A DNA stretch of 64,000 nt from Octopus vulgaris (lineage: Eukaryota): the NCBI GenBank assembly GCA_951406725.2, contig OX597824.1:23312001-23376000 (forward strand), read 5' to 3'. The position numbers and the translations under genes were made by a program. Below are positions 41,519 through 55,260 of the stretch, piece by piece. A model generated the notes under the pieces. It was not told where the DNA came from. It searched no databases and was given only the letters and a program-made list of their open reading frames with translations. Position 1 is the first letter of the stretch; each line of letters opens with the position of its first letter.

Positions 41519-41739
41519 GTATATTTATATATATACACATATATATTTGTGCGTGGGTGTGTATACGTTTATGCAAACACATATGTAGACGAATATTTAT
41601 ACATCCCTCCCCACACATACACAAAGATAAAAATATGCACACATTTACATGTACATATATATATATACACAGGTATATACTAATCTATTAGACACTGCGA
41701 TATATAATTACACCTTCGTTCACAATCGCATTTACGCAT

Positions 41740-41772
<33 letters not shown>

Positions 41773-42179
41773 GAGGGGGGGGGCGGCTTTCGTACTTTAA
41801 ACCTAGATTATTAACAAATTGATTTCCCTCGACTTCGTACAACGATCTCAATTATATACAGGATCAAGAAAATGGAATTCTACATTGTCGTTTCTATTCT
41901 CTAAGGTAGGTAGCATTGGTATTTTTATGTTAAAATTGTTTTGATCGAGAATCGAAATCGAGCCGGGGGCTCGTTGCACCGAATAGTTAAATGTGCACTC
42001 TTAGCAGCATTCTATTTAGTGTTATTATTGTTCCCGTTGAACTTTTGCAGTCTCAATATTAGCCATCTGTGTTCTGCTACTGTCCGCACTCTGATCTCTT
42101 CTTTGCAATTGTTGATTCAGCTCAAATGTATATCACAAAATATGTCGGCCGTAGGTCGATGATGCAAATGGATACTCTT

Positions 42180-42570
42180 ACTCTTTTACTCTTTTACTCT
42201 TTTAATTGTTTCAGTCATTTGACTGCGGCCATGCTGGAGCACCACCTTTAGTCGAGCAACTCGACCCCGGGACTTATTCTTTTGTAAGCCCAGTACTTAT
42301 TCTATCGGTCTCTTTTGCCGAACCGCTAAGTAACGGGGACCTAAACACACCAGCATCGGTTGTCAAGCAATGCTAGGGGGACAAACACAGACACACAAAC
42401 ATATACACACACACTTATATATATATATACATATATACGACGGGCTTTTTTCAGTTTCCGTCTACCAAATCCACTCACAAGGCATTGGTCGGCCCCGGGC
42501 TATAGCAGAAGACACTTGCCCAAGATGCCACGCAGTGGGACTGAACCCGGAACCATGTGGTTAGTTAGCA
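42180..42570 (-). mobile_element. SINE family A
   Basis: Family match. Confidence 0.9.
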
Positions 42571-42799
42571 GAATATTCTTTTTAATAATTTATAATTTAC
42601 AAAAGTACATACTTACGCAGGCATAGGTGTATGGTTAAGAAGCTCCCTTTAAAATCATGTGGTTTCGGTTTCAATCTCATGGTGCTGCAACTTTAGCAAG
42701 TGTTTTCTAGCATAGCTCCTCAATCAATGCCTTGGGACTGAATTTAGTAGACATTAACTGTATGAAAGCCCATCATATTTTTATATACATATACATAAA

Positions 42800-43399
42800 G
42801 AGGCGGCGAGCTGGCAGAAACGTTAGCGCGCCGGGCGAAATGCTTAGCGGTATTTCGTCTGTCGTTATGTTCTGAGTTCAAATTCCGCCAAGGTTGACTT
42901 TGCCTTTCATCCTTTCGGGGTCGATAAATTAAGTACCAGTTAAGCACTGGGGTCGATATAATCGACTTAATACCTATGTCTGTCCATGTTTGTCCCATCT
43001 ATGTTTAGCCCCTTGTGGGTAATAAAGAAATAGGTATTTCGTCTGTCGTTATGTTCTGAGTTCAAATTCCGCCGAGGTTGACTTTGCCTTTCATCCTTTC
43101 GGGGTCGATAAATTAAGTACCAGTTTAGCACTGGGGTCGATATAATCGACTTAATACCTATGTCTGTCCATGTTTGTCCCATCTATGTTTAGCCCCTTGT
43201 GGGTAATAAAGAAATAGGTATTTCGTCTGTCGTTATGTTCTGAGTTCAAATTCCGCCGAGGTCGACTTTGCCTTTCATCCTTTCGGGGTCGATAAATTAA
43301 GTACCAGTTTCGCACTGGGGTCGATGTAATCGACTCAATCCGTTTGTCTGTCCTTGTTTGTCCCCTCTATGTTTAGCCCCTGTGGGAAGTAAAGAAATA
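42800..43399 (+). mobile_element. SINE family B tandem array (head plus 3 units, 184-bp period)
   Basis: Junctions gaaata|ggtatttcgtctg at ~43033 and ~43217; flanking repeat tatatacatatacataaa at 42782-42799 and 43400-43417. Confidence 0.9.
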
Positions 43400-43416
43400 T
43401 ATATACATATACATAA

Positions 43417-43489
<73 letters not shown>

Positions 43490-43819
43490 TATATATAGGC
43501 GAATGAGTATCTGTGTGGTAAGTAGCTTCTACCATCTCAATAAATAGCAAAACCACCACTACCACCAACACCAAAACCAAAACTACAACCATTACACAAC
43601 CAATAATCTCACCATTAAGAGGCACAATGTCACAATCCCTGCAACAATGTCCTCCATAACTCCAACACCGCTACTACCAACACTATCTTAGTATTATAAA
43701 CACTACAGCCACAACTGCCATCACCGTCAACACTTTGTCCCATACAAGCACCGCACCAACACAGCCAATATGACAACTAATATCATCATCACCACCACCA
43801 CCAACAACAACAACAACAG

Positions 43820-44280
43820 TGGGGGTGCAATGGCCCAGTGGTTAGGGCAGTGGACTCACGGTCGTAAGAACGCGGTTTCGATTTCCAGACCGGTGAGTGT
43901 TTATTGAGCAAAAACACCTAAGCACCACGAGGCTCCGGCGGGGAGGGGTGGTGAACCCCCGCTGTACTCTTTCACCACAACTTTCACTCTTTCTTCCTAC
44001 TTCTGCTACATGGTGTAAAAGCAGACCCAAGTTTTCTAGATTGCGTATCCTCTGTACCCCATGATGGTTCAGCTCTCCACCTGTTAAAAGCCACCGTTTA
44101 CGGAATGAGGATAACAACGTAGCTTTCGCGCTCGTGCAACCGCCAGTATATCGTGTGTGGTGGGTGGATCTTCAAGTTGCCGCACGCATTCTTAGTAGCT
44201 TAGAGTAGGCTCGAATTAGAGATTATTTTTTGGGGGCTAATGGCGTGAGTCCTGATTGGAAGAAGAAGAAGAAGAAGAAG
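43820..44280 (+). mobile_element. SINE C head and core with an alternative tail
   Basis: First ~180 bp match family C; the rest is unrelated and ends in (GAA)n. Confidence 0.65.
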
Positions 44281-44589
44281 GAGACAACAACAACAATTAC
44301 CACCTCCATCCAACAATCCATTAATATGATTGATAGAAAGTAAAACTCGAGAATGAAAGAAGATGGTAGTACAGGAATAATCTAATTAGTAATATCTAAT
44401 TAGTCCTATCGTTGTAGGATCAATCGTTACAGTAATCAACTGACACAAAAGATGGTGGAAGAAGATTAAGATTGAATTCACTAAAACGCTATTCCAGAAC
44501 ACTTGTTTATTAGGGGAGAGGCAGAACCATGAGACCGTTCTTAGGTATTCGAGGTCACAAGCTTTATTTAGTAGCGACAATTCTCGGTG

Positions 44590-45545
44590 TTGCCTCTTTC
44601 TTTACTGCCCACAATGGGGCTAAACACAGAGAGGACGAACAAGGACAGACAAACGGATTAAGTCGATTATATCGACCCCAGTGCGTAACTGGTACTTATT
44701 TAATCGACTCCGAAAGGATGAAAGGCAAAGTCGACCTCGGCGGAATTTGAACTCAGGACGTAGCAGCAGATGAAATACCTATTTCTTTACTACCCACAAG
44801 GGGCTAAACACAGAGAGGACAGACAAACGGATTAAGTCGATTATATCGACCCCAGTGCGTAACTGGTACTTATTTAATCGACTCAGAAAGGATGAAAGGC
44901 AAAGTCGACCTCAGCGGAATTTAAACTCAGGACGTAGCAGCAGACGAAATAACTATTTCTTTAATACCCACAAGGGGCTAAACACAGAGGGGACAAACAA
45001 GGACAGACAAACGGATAAAGTCGATTATATCGACCCCAGTGCGTAACTGGTACTTATTTAATCGACTCCGAAAGGATGAAAGGCAAAGTCGACCTCGGCG
45101 GAATTTGAACTCAGGACGTAGCAGCAGATGAAATACCTATTTCTTTACTACCCACAAGGGGCTAAACACAGAGAGGACAGACAAACGGATTAAGTCTCGA
45201 TTATATCGACCCCAGTGCGTAACTGGTACTTATTTAATCGACTCAGAAAGGATGAAAGGCAAAGTCGACCTCAGCGGAATTTAAACTCAGGACGTAGCAG
45301 CAGACGAAATAACTATTTCTTTAATACCCACAAGGGGCTAAACACAGAGGGGACAAACAAGGACAGACAAACGGATAAAGTCGATTATATCGACACCAGT
45401 GCGTAACTGATACTTATTTAATCGACCCCGAAAGGATGAAAGGCAAAGTCGACCTCGGCGGAATTTGAACTCAGAACATAACGGCAGACGAAATACGGCT
45501 ACGCATTTCACCCGGCGTGCTACCGATTCTGCCAGCTCGCCGCCT
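44590..45545 (-). mobile_element. SINE family B tandem array (head plus 5 units) inside one 14-bp TSD
   Basis: TSD gacaattctcggtg at 44576-44589 and 45546-45559; unit variants alternate. Confidence 0.9.
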
Positions 45546-46050
45546 GACAATTCTCGGTGATATTCGCTGCTAAAGGTTGCCGAGTATGTCTTCTCTGAGG
45601 ATCGGTCAGCAAGCTGTAAAACGGATCGTTAGGAGACTCAAACTCACCTTTTTCCATACATCAATAGCTTAGAAGGAATGTGTTTACTTTCTTATCTCAG
45701 GTGGAGTGAGGATTTGCAATACACACAGAGTGAACGAAATCATAACACACTCGCATGCGCACTCACACAGATACTCACACACAAGCTAAGTAAAATCAAG
45801 CAAATAGAAAAAAAAAACACCAAGAACAATAAAACGCCCAAGGGACTTTGACAGTTAATATTAGTAGATTGAGGCTCAAGGAAGGAAGAAGTCATTGAGT
45901 AAAATTTACATACATACACACACACCTACATAGGCACATACATAAGTACGTACATACATACATATATGTATAAATGTATATATAGGTATATGTATATCTA
46001 TCTCTCCCTACCTATCTATATATATATATATATATATATACGTGCATACA

Positions 46051-46093
<43 letters not shown>

Positions 46094-46171
46094 TATATAT
46101 ATAAAATATATATATATATATATATATATAAATATTTATATATATTTATATATTATATATATATTTGTATG

Positions 46172-46209
<38 letters not shown>

Positions 46210-46424
46210 CACACACACACATACACACATACACACATATATATATATATATTCCATATTCGTTAGAATGGAATAACATTATAACATTATTTATTCATAG
46301 CTAAGTCTTCGTGGGTAACCCCTTCGGTGAATTTTGTTTCCGTTCCCGTTTCCGCACTGTTTATTATTGTGTTTTGCTTCTCTTTTTTTTTATATTTTAT
46401 TTTCCTTTTGTTTTTCCTTTCCCT

Positions 46425-46478
<54 letters not shown>

Positions 46479-46551
46479 CCTTTCAATATACATCACGAGT
46501 GGTTAAAATCGTTCCGGTCATGTGACAACAGTCAGGTGACAATGAAAAACA

Positions 46552-46583
<32 letters not shown>

Positions 46584-47073
46584 TAATTATAATAATAATA
46601 ATAATAATAATACTAGTAGTAGTAGTAATAATAATAATAATAGCAACAATAATAATAATTGCTGTGAAACGTAGTGTTTTCTTCACTGGTGACCTTCACA
46701 TTCAAAGAATCCCTAAATAAACGTCACATGCATCGGATTCCTTAATAAGACCATCACGTGCTATATTTAGCACAACCAAAAAACATTCCATTCACCAAAG
46801 CTTACAAGCATTATTAAGGTCAAACTATTTTCAAAACAATAACATTGAAACCGTCAATGCTATTCCGGTCTAAAATTCTTATGAAATTTAGAGAATTCTG
46901 AGAAATAGTTGCAGACAGGACTGTTGTAGGTGACAAGTTCGCTTTGCAGTCACGTGATTCCGGGTTCGTTCTCACTGCACAGCACTTTCAGCAAAGTGCC
47001 TTTTATTATAGTCCCGGGATGACGAATGCCTTGTGGGTGAATTTGGTAGGCGAAAACTGTGTGGAAGCCAATC

Positions 47074-47110
<37 letters not shown>

Positions 47111-47112
47111 TA

Positions 47113-47360
47113 TCACGTGATCACGTGACCGACCAGACCATCAGATGTTTTTACACATCGCTGGTCACAATGCGTTCGCATTGTTTTAGCCTTTGAATGA
47201 CGCCACCCCGCTGGCTAAGCGAGCAGGCCAACAGAAGAAAGAGTTGGAGAAAGAGTGGTGAAAGAGTACAGCAGGGATCACCCACTCACAACGCCCGGTC
47301 TGGGAATCGAAACCGCGATCCTACGACCGCAAGCCCGCTGCCCTAACTACTGGGCCATTG
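47113..47360 (-). mobile_element. SINE C head and core with a second alternative tail
   Basis: Head match at 47250-47360; tail ends ggtcggtcacgtgatcacgtga. Confidence 0.7.
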
Positions 47361-47362
47361 TG

Positions 47363-47481
<119 letters not shown>

Positions 47482-47497
47482 GTATATATACATATAA

Positions 47498-47534
<37 letters not shown>

Positions 47535-48663
47535 TATGTATATATATGTATAAATATATATATATATATATGTATGTGTGTATATATATATATACACATA
47601 CATACACACACATTCATATATATATGTATGCGTGAGAGAGAGAGAGACAGAGTGTGTGTGTGTGTGGGTGTGTCTTGTGTCGTTGTTTGTCCACTCCACT
47701 ATCCATCGAATGACAACCGGTGGCGGTTTCTTTATATCCCCGTAACGTTGCAGTTCGGCAAAAGGAAGCTACAAAAGAATTATCAGACTTCTAAAAAATA
47801 AGTACTGAGGTTAATTTTTTTGTTATTAGAAAGTCCCAAACAAGGCAAGAAGCCCGTTGTGTTAGGGAATATGAAGAAAGAGAAATTAAGACGAAAGGTA
47901 TTATTGGGTTGTTCGGAAAGTTCATGCCGATTTTTAAAGGAAAGAAAAAGGTCAATGAATACTTGCCATTACATTTTAATCAACCAAATATGAACCATTT
48001 TGTTGCACAATGCGTCTCCATCTTTCATTTATCTTGAAAATACCCCCTTCCCAGAATCGAGGTGGTTTCATGGCAAAGAATTCATCAAGGTATCTTTTTA
48101 CGTCATCCAAGGAATTGAAATTTTTACCATTAAGACTATTCTGCAGAGACCTGAATAAGTGGAAATCCAAAGGCGTAATATCTAATGAATATGGAGGGTG
48201 GGGCAATTTTTGTCTGGTTCCCAAAGCATCAAGTGCCAAAAATGAACTTTCTTATCTTCCATTTTAAAGGGCTACAAAATTAACACAGGTTATAGGAACC
48301 TTCTTCCACGAAAAGATGGCTTAAACTGTGCTCTAATATTCTTTATTATCCATAAAGGACTAAACATAGATGGGGACGATACAATCGGGGAACATAAAAT
48401 AACAAAAGAGGATGAATAAAGACGAAAAAGAATGAATTATGATAAGATGTTTTAATGAGGCGCAATGCCCACTCGATCCCCGAAATGGAGTGGTTACATT
48501 TGGTCAGTATTTTCCCTTAATTGATTTTCTCAAAGAATATCACTTTCACAATTACAACTAAAGTTCGCAAAATTTACAAAATACTAAATTTCAAAGAAAT
48601 TCCCCAAAAAATAAATTTCACAAAGTTTTTTTTTTCCGACACTTTTTCCCTTTTCTTTTAATT

Positions 48664-49896
48664 TCAGAGATAGTCAATCTTTCTTTTCAACTCCTCATAA
48701 TCCATTACGGGAGGTGGGTAATCCATCAACCGACACCTCTTGTCTTCTAGTATATTCTTTTTGGCGACCTCGATGAAATTGGCGTAACTGTCCGCATGGA
48801 CTAAAACACCAATCTCATCTTCGTCATACTTAGTTCCCATCCTAACCCTTGTTACTCCCTTCATTCTCGATAATTTTTTCTCTATTTCATAGGAGCATTT
48901 GTAAATTACAAATGCTCCATAAAATTCAACTGTATCATTACCTTTGTTTTCCGCTACGTCTTCCCTCGTCTTCGATCTTTTTCTACTTTTGGGACTGGTA
49001 GCTCCTTTGCACTCTTCTTTTGGTTTTCCTATTGCTCTCTTCTTCTTGTCCTTTTTGTTTTCTTTCTCTTTCAGTGTACTGTTTTTTTCTAACTTTTTTT
49101 CTTCTGTTTGAACTTTCTCTTGTCGCTATTGTTTCTTTTGTTCTTTTTGTTCATTTTCTGTTGTCTCTTTACTTTGGGTAAATTCATTTAATGGACACTC
49201 AGTCCTTATATGTCCTCTAGTTCCGCATAGATGACAGTTGGGTCTCCTTCCTTCGACAATAATGTTTATCGTTGGTTTATTTTCCACTTCTGTCTGGAAG
49301 GGGATTCTCTCTATGTCTTCTGTTGTGGCCATAAGCCACATCTCGACACTGAATTCCCTCCAGTTCACTATATTAGTTTCGGTAACTGTACTCAGTTCAG
49401 GTTCGTCTTTTGTAGAACCTAGAATCGCTGTCACCAGCCATTGTTTTTATTTCCGGCGGTACGTTCGGAATCTTTATCCTTATGCTTCTTCTTCCCTTAT
49501 AAGTGGATAACATTGTAAACCTTTCTGTTCTTATGATAGCGGTGGATAGCGAGGCCGCCTCTTCACTTGTGGCAAAGCTCACCTCCACCGTACCGAACTT
49601 TTTCCCTCTGCTGACGTATGTTGCTCTTTCCATTACGTCCCCGAGACACTTTTCTATTTTTTCTTCTGATATCCATGCTATTTTCTTTGTGTTCGTATCT
49701 TGAGTTTTATATATAATGGTCTTAATGTTTTTTTATCCTCTGTTCTTTCTGCTGGAGGGATCAGCTTGATGCTTTCTCCCTCCCTTCTCACGTACTGTTC
49801 GCTTGTTTGTATTTCTTCTTTATCAATTGTAACATTCTTTTTAAAACCCAGTGACGCGACACATCTTGTTGCAGCAACCCTCGCATAGGTATCCAT
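48664..49896 (-). pseudogene. Disrupted ~410-codon L1/Tx1-type ORF1 (gag-like, CCHC zinc knuckle)
   Basis: Pieces 49678-49896, 49397-49633, 49126-49434 and 48664-48864 are collinear; IRIKIPNVPPE and VEGRRPNCHLCGTRGHIRTECP (CX2CX4HX4C), then a K/E-rich region. Confidence 0.75.
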
Positions 49897-50027
49897 GACG
49901 GAGGGACGTCTTTTCTTTCATCTAAAATGATAAAAACAGAACGGCAAGCAGCAGCAAGCGTCTCGTGCGATTCGTTCTCGTTACGACGTTTTTACAATTT
50001 TTGATATTTTTTTCACACAAAAGACAT

Positions 50028-50376
50028 GGATGGAAGCACTCCGTCGGTTACGACGACGCGGGTTCCGGTTGATCCGATCAACGGAACAGCCTGCTCGTGA
50101 AATTAACGTGTAAGTGGCTGAGTAATCCACAGACACGTGTACCCTTAACGTAGTTCTCGGGGATATTCAGCGTGACACAGAGAGTGACAAGGCCGGCCCT
50201 TTGAAATACAGGTACAACAGAAACAGGAAGTAAGAGTGAGAGAAAGTTGTGGTGAAAGAGTACAGCAGGGATCACCACCCCCTGCCGGAGCCTCGTGGAG
50301 CTTTTTTATGTGTTTTCGCTCAATAAACACTCACAACGCCCGGTCTGGGAATCGAAACCGCGATCCTACGACCGCG
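50028..50376 (-). mobile_element. 5'-truncated SINE C nested in the 5' UTR of the ORF1-only element
   Basis: TSD acaaaagacat at 50017-50027 and 50377-50387. Confidence 0.9.
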
Positions 50377-50847
50377 ACAAAAGACATAACGGCTTGAGCT
50401 CAGGAGCTCCAAAAAAAAAAAAAAGAAAAAAAAAACACGTTTTCTCCAGTCAAGATTAAACTGTGCTCTAAATGGAAATGTAGTCAAATCCTGTTTTATG
50501 GACTCAACCATGTTCTAAAATAAGTCGAAAGGTAAGATACTATTAATCGGCACGAAGTTTCCGGACAACCCAATAATTAATTTTGAACCTGAAAGAGTTC
50601 AGATCTTAAGAAGCGGAAAAACTGTGAGAAGGAAGAGAATTTTAAACTGCAACCCCCACAAAACAGTAACCCAACCACTAAAGACTACAACCACCACAAC
50701 CACCAACAGCCCTTCTCCTCATCCACCACCAACACAACAACCACGAAGCAATTACCACCAATACTGTCACCACCACTAAAAGCAATTGCACAGCTTGTAT
50801 TACTAGCCCCCACCACCACCACCACCACTACAACTACTACTACTAAA

Positions 50848-50899
<52 letters not shown>

Positions 50900-51693
50900 T
50901 CATTATTACTACCTCGACCTCTAGCACCACCCTCCACTACTACCAGCACTGCCACAGCCACAATCCAAATAAATAGCAAAACCACCACTACCACCAACAC
51001 CAAAACCGAAACTACAACCATTACACAACCAGTAATCTCACCACTAAAAAGCACGATGTCACAATCCCTACAACAGTGTCCTCCTACAACACCAACACCG
51101 CTACTACCAACACTAGCTCAGTATTATAAATACTACAACCACAGCTGCCAGCACCAACAACACTTTATCCCATACAAGCACCGCGCCAACACAGCCAATA
51201 TGACAACTAATACCACCACCACCACTACCACCTCCACCATCACCATCATCAACAACAATTACCACCTCCGTCCAACAATCCATCAATTTTACCGATTCAT
51301 AGAAGAAGAAGGAGAAAAAGAAGAAAAGGAAGAAGAAGAAGAAGAAGAAGAAGAAAAGGAAGAAGAAGAAAAGGAAGAAGAAGAGGATGGAGGAAGGAGA
51401 AGAAGAAGAAAAAGACGAAGAAGAAGAAGAAGGAAATATTATTTCTCTTTTTTCTCGCTCTCTCTCTCTCTCTCTCCCTCTCTCTTTCTCCCTTTCTCTC
51501 TTCATATTTGAGAAAGTGGTGATGAGAGTGAAAACAACCATAGCAACAACGACAACAATTGCTACGACAGCTCTGATGATGACGATGATGATGATGATGA
51601 ATAGGAAAAGAAGATGAAGATGAAGAAAAAAGAAAAAAAATGAAGATTTAAGTAGAGAAAGGAGAAGTGGAGAGAAAAAAAGGAGATGACGAC

Positions 51694-51729
<36 letters not shown>

Positions 51730-52376
51730 CGAGGAGGAGGACAAGAAATCGGAGATGCAGGGAGGGGGGGAAGAGGAAGGAGAACGGGAGAAAAGGGGAT
51801 AAAATGGAAAGAGAAAGCGAAAGAAGAAAAAAAAAATAAATAAATGGAAGATGAAAAATAACTGACAAAACAGTAGAAATAAAAAAACAAAAAACAAATG
51901 ATGAAGATAAGGATGTAAATAAGAAGACAATCGAAAGGTGATGTCTGAAAACAAGATGGCTGCAAGAAAAGAAAATGGAAGAATAGAAAACGGGAATAAA
52001 AAAAAGGAGTCGAAACAAAAGGCAATATAAAAATTGTAAAAGAGAATAATAGCAATATCGAGAAGAAGAACAACAACAACGTCAACAAACGTAGCAGAAA
52101 TAAGTTGATATAAAATACAAAATATGCCGTGAAAAGAAATGAGGAATTGGGACAAGGAATGAAGAAGTGGGGGCGGATGTCAGGAGAAGGGAGATGAAGG
52201 AGAAGTGTGAATTCTTTGCTTTCGTATTATCATGTATTCCTGCGTTCGATATCATTGCGTGGTATAGCTTGTATTAGCGAAATTGAGAATGGGATTCGGT
52301 AGATACACAAATATACGAACGTATATGAATGCATGAGAATATATACATAAAACATACAAATCTGCACATACAAACG

Positions 52377-52408
<32 letters not shown>

Positions 52409-52449
52409 AATATACATATATAGATACATAGATACATACATACATACAT

Positions 52450-53200
52450 ACAAAAGTACCGTGTTGTTGATGTTGAAATTCGAATGAAGGAGCCTTGGAT
52501 CTAGGTTAGAAACCGGTTCTTTCTCTATTGGCAAGAAATCTTGAAATAAATTAAATAACGGCATGCATATAATGGCGGTGCCCCAGCATGGCCACAGCTC
52601 GTGAGCTGAAACTAGATGAAATGAAATAAAATAATAAATAAAAATACATACATATATACATAAATACATACATACAAAAATACTGTGTTGTTGATGTTGA
52701 AATTCGTATGTAGGAACCTTGAACCTAGGTTAGAAACCAGTTCTTTCTCTATTGGCAAGAAACTGAATAATGACATGCATATACATACATACATACATAC
52801 ATACATACATACATACATACATACATACAAAAGAACCTTGTTGTTCATGTTGAAATTCCGATGAAGGAGCCTTGGATCTAGGTTAGAAACCGGTTCTTTC
52901 TCTATTGGCAAGAAATCTTGAAATAAACTGTATAATGACATACATACAAAAGTACATATATACATTCATATAAACATACATTCATACATACATACATACA
53001 TACATATATACATACATACATACATACATCCACATACATACATACATACATACATACATACATACATACATACATACACACATACATACAAAAGTACTGT
53101 GTTGTTGAAGTTGAAATTCGTATGTAGGAACCTTGAACCTAGGTTAGAAACCGGTTCTTTCTCTATTGGCAAGAAATCTTGAAATAAACTGAATAATGAC
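52450..53200 (+). repeat. Four copies of the ~110-bp family E repeat separated by (CATA)n
   Basis: gttgttgatgttgaaattc..aggagccttggatctaggttagaaaccggttctttctctattggcaagaaa at ~52450, 52675, 52828 and 53090. Confidence 0.85.
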
Positions 53201-53317
53201 ATACATATATGCATTCATACATACATACATACATACAGTTGTTAATACATTTATACATTCATATATACATATATGGACCCATACGAATGTACACACACAC
53301 GCGCGTACATGTGTGTG

Positions 53318-53356
<39 letters not shown>

Positions 53357-53684
53357 GTGTGTGTGTGTGTGTGCGTGCGTGTATCGGCGTAGGTTATAAA
53401 CGTCAAGAAGAAAACTGAAAAGAAAACAAAAAAGAAAATTAAGAAAATATAAATTCAAGAAGAAAATAAAACGAAACAAAGTGATGTTTTATGAACGAAG
53501 TCCCTTGAGATGATTGTTTTGCAGCGAGTTAAACACTCCCTTGTTACTCTCACCAACGTGAACGCAATGAACCAATAATTGGCCCGTTGGAAACATAACC
53601 ATCGACACTTCATTGCAACACAGAATAACATATTATATAGCCAAGTATAGGAAATAAAAATGGATGTATATTTGGTCTCGGTAG

Positions 53685-55260
53685 AGGTGATATGGTGATG
53701 GTGGCGGTTGTAGTGGTGGTGGTGGTATTGTTGTTGTTGTTGTTGTTATTGGTGGTGGTGGTGGTGGTGGTGGTGATTGAGGTGATGTTGGCGTTGGTAG
53801 TGTTGGTAGTGATGGTGGTGGTGGTGGTGTTAGTAATGGTGGTGGTGGTGGTGGTGGTGATTGAGGTGATGTTGGCGTTGGTAGTGATGGTAATGATGGT
53901 GGTGGTGGTGGTGGTGTTAGAAATGGTGGTGGTGGTGGTGGTGGTGGTGATTGAGGTGATGTTGGCGTTGGTAGTGATGGTGGTGGTGGTGGTGTTGATT
54001 GTGGTAGTGGTGGTGGTGGTGAATGTAGTGGTTGTGGTTTTGGTGGATGTGGTAGCGGTAGCAGTGACAGTTGTGGTGGTTGTAGCGGTGGTTGTAGTTG
54101 TGGTTGTGGTGTTTAAGGTACTGGTGGAAGTGGCGGTGGTGGTGCTGGTTGTAGTGCTTTTTGGTGGTTGCAATGCCGGTGATGATTATGGTGGGGGTGG
54201 TTGCGATGGTGATGGCGTTGGTTGTGGTACCGGTGGTGTTGGTGTTGGTGGTGGTGGTGTTAGTGACGGTAGCGGTGATGGGTGTTGATGGCCCATGACA
54301 ATGATGCTGGTTATAGTGATGATGGTGACGGTTGTGGTATAGGTGGTGGTAGTGGTAGTGGTGGCAGGCTGAAGAAATAGATAAGATATAAAGCGTTATT
54401 GGAGTATTGATGCGATGTCAATTCTCCAATTGAAAGTGTCAAATAATCCTTGAAACAGAAACGATGATGTTTGTTATACTGTGGGGGTGGGGGTGATGGA
54501 GGTGGGGGGGATGGTGGTGGTGGTGGTGGTGGTGGTGGATTTTTGTGGTGGAGTTGTTGCTGTTAGTGTTTGTGATGGTGCTGTTTTTTTTTGTTGACGG
54601 TGGTGGTGGTCGTGGTGTCATTGTTATTGCTGTTGTTGTTAATGTTATTGCTTTGTTGTTGTCTGTTGTGGTAGTGGTGGTGGTGGTGGTGGTGGTGTGT
54701 GGTTATCGTTGTGGTGGTGGTATAATGGTGGTGGTGGTCGTTGTGGTGGTGGTCATTGTGGTGGTGGTAGTGGTAGTGCTTGTAGCCGTGGTGGCAGTAG
54801 TAGTGGTGGTGGTGATGGCGGTGGTGGTGGTGGTGGTGATGGTGATAGTGGTGGAGTGATGGTGGTGGTGGTGGATGTGGTGGTGGTGGTTGTTGTAGTG
54901 GTGGTGGTTGTTGTAGTGGTAGTGGATGTTATGGTGGTGGTTGTTGTAGTGGTAGCAGTGGTGATGATGGCAGCGATGGTAGCAGTGGTAGTGATGATGG
55001 CGGTGATGGCGGTGATGGTGTTGAGGTGGTAGTGGCAGTGATGGTAGCAACGGTGGCAGCGGTAGTGGTAGTGGTGGTGGTGGTGGTGGTGATGGTGATG
55101 GTGGTAGTAGTGATTTTATTGGTATTGTTGCTTGTTATTCTTCCTGTTGCTGCTTGTAATGGTCGTATTGATTTTGATGGTGTTGTTGTTTATGGTCATG
55201 TTTTGGGAAGAATTTTTTGAGTTGGTGGTGGTGGTGGTGGTGGTGTCGATGGCGATGGTT
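53685..55260. repeat. (GGT)-rich low-complexity tract
   Basis: Directly visible. Confidence 0.9.

Larger units (their letters stand above)
48337..50455 (-). mobile_element. ORF1-only non-autonomous non-LTR retroelement (HAL1-like architecture) with 16-bp TSD
   Basis: TSD ttaaactgtgctctaa at 48321-48336 and 50456-50471; single disrupted ORF; 3' tail matches SINE B tail. Confidence 0.75.
47904..50573 (-). mobile_element. Internally deleted mariner DNA transposon, split by a retro-insertion
   Basis: TIRs ttgggttgttcggaaagttcatgccgatt / aatcggcacgaagtttccggacaacccaa with TA flanks; N-terminus MEDKKVHFWHLMLWE joined to C-terminus LPHPPYSLDITPLDFHLFRSLQNSL...RWRRIVQQNGSY. Confidence 0.9.
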
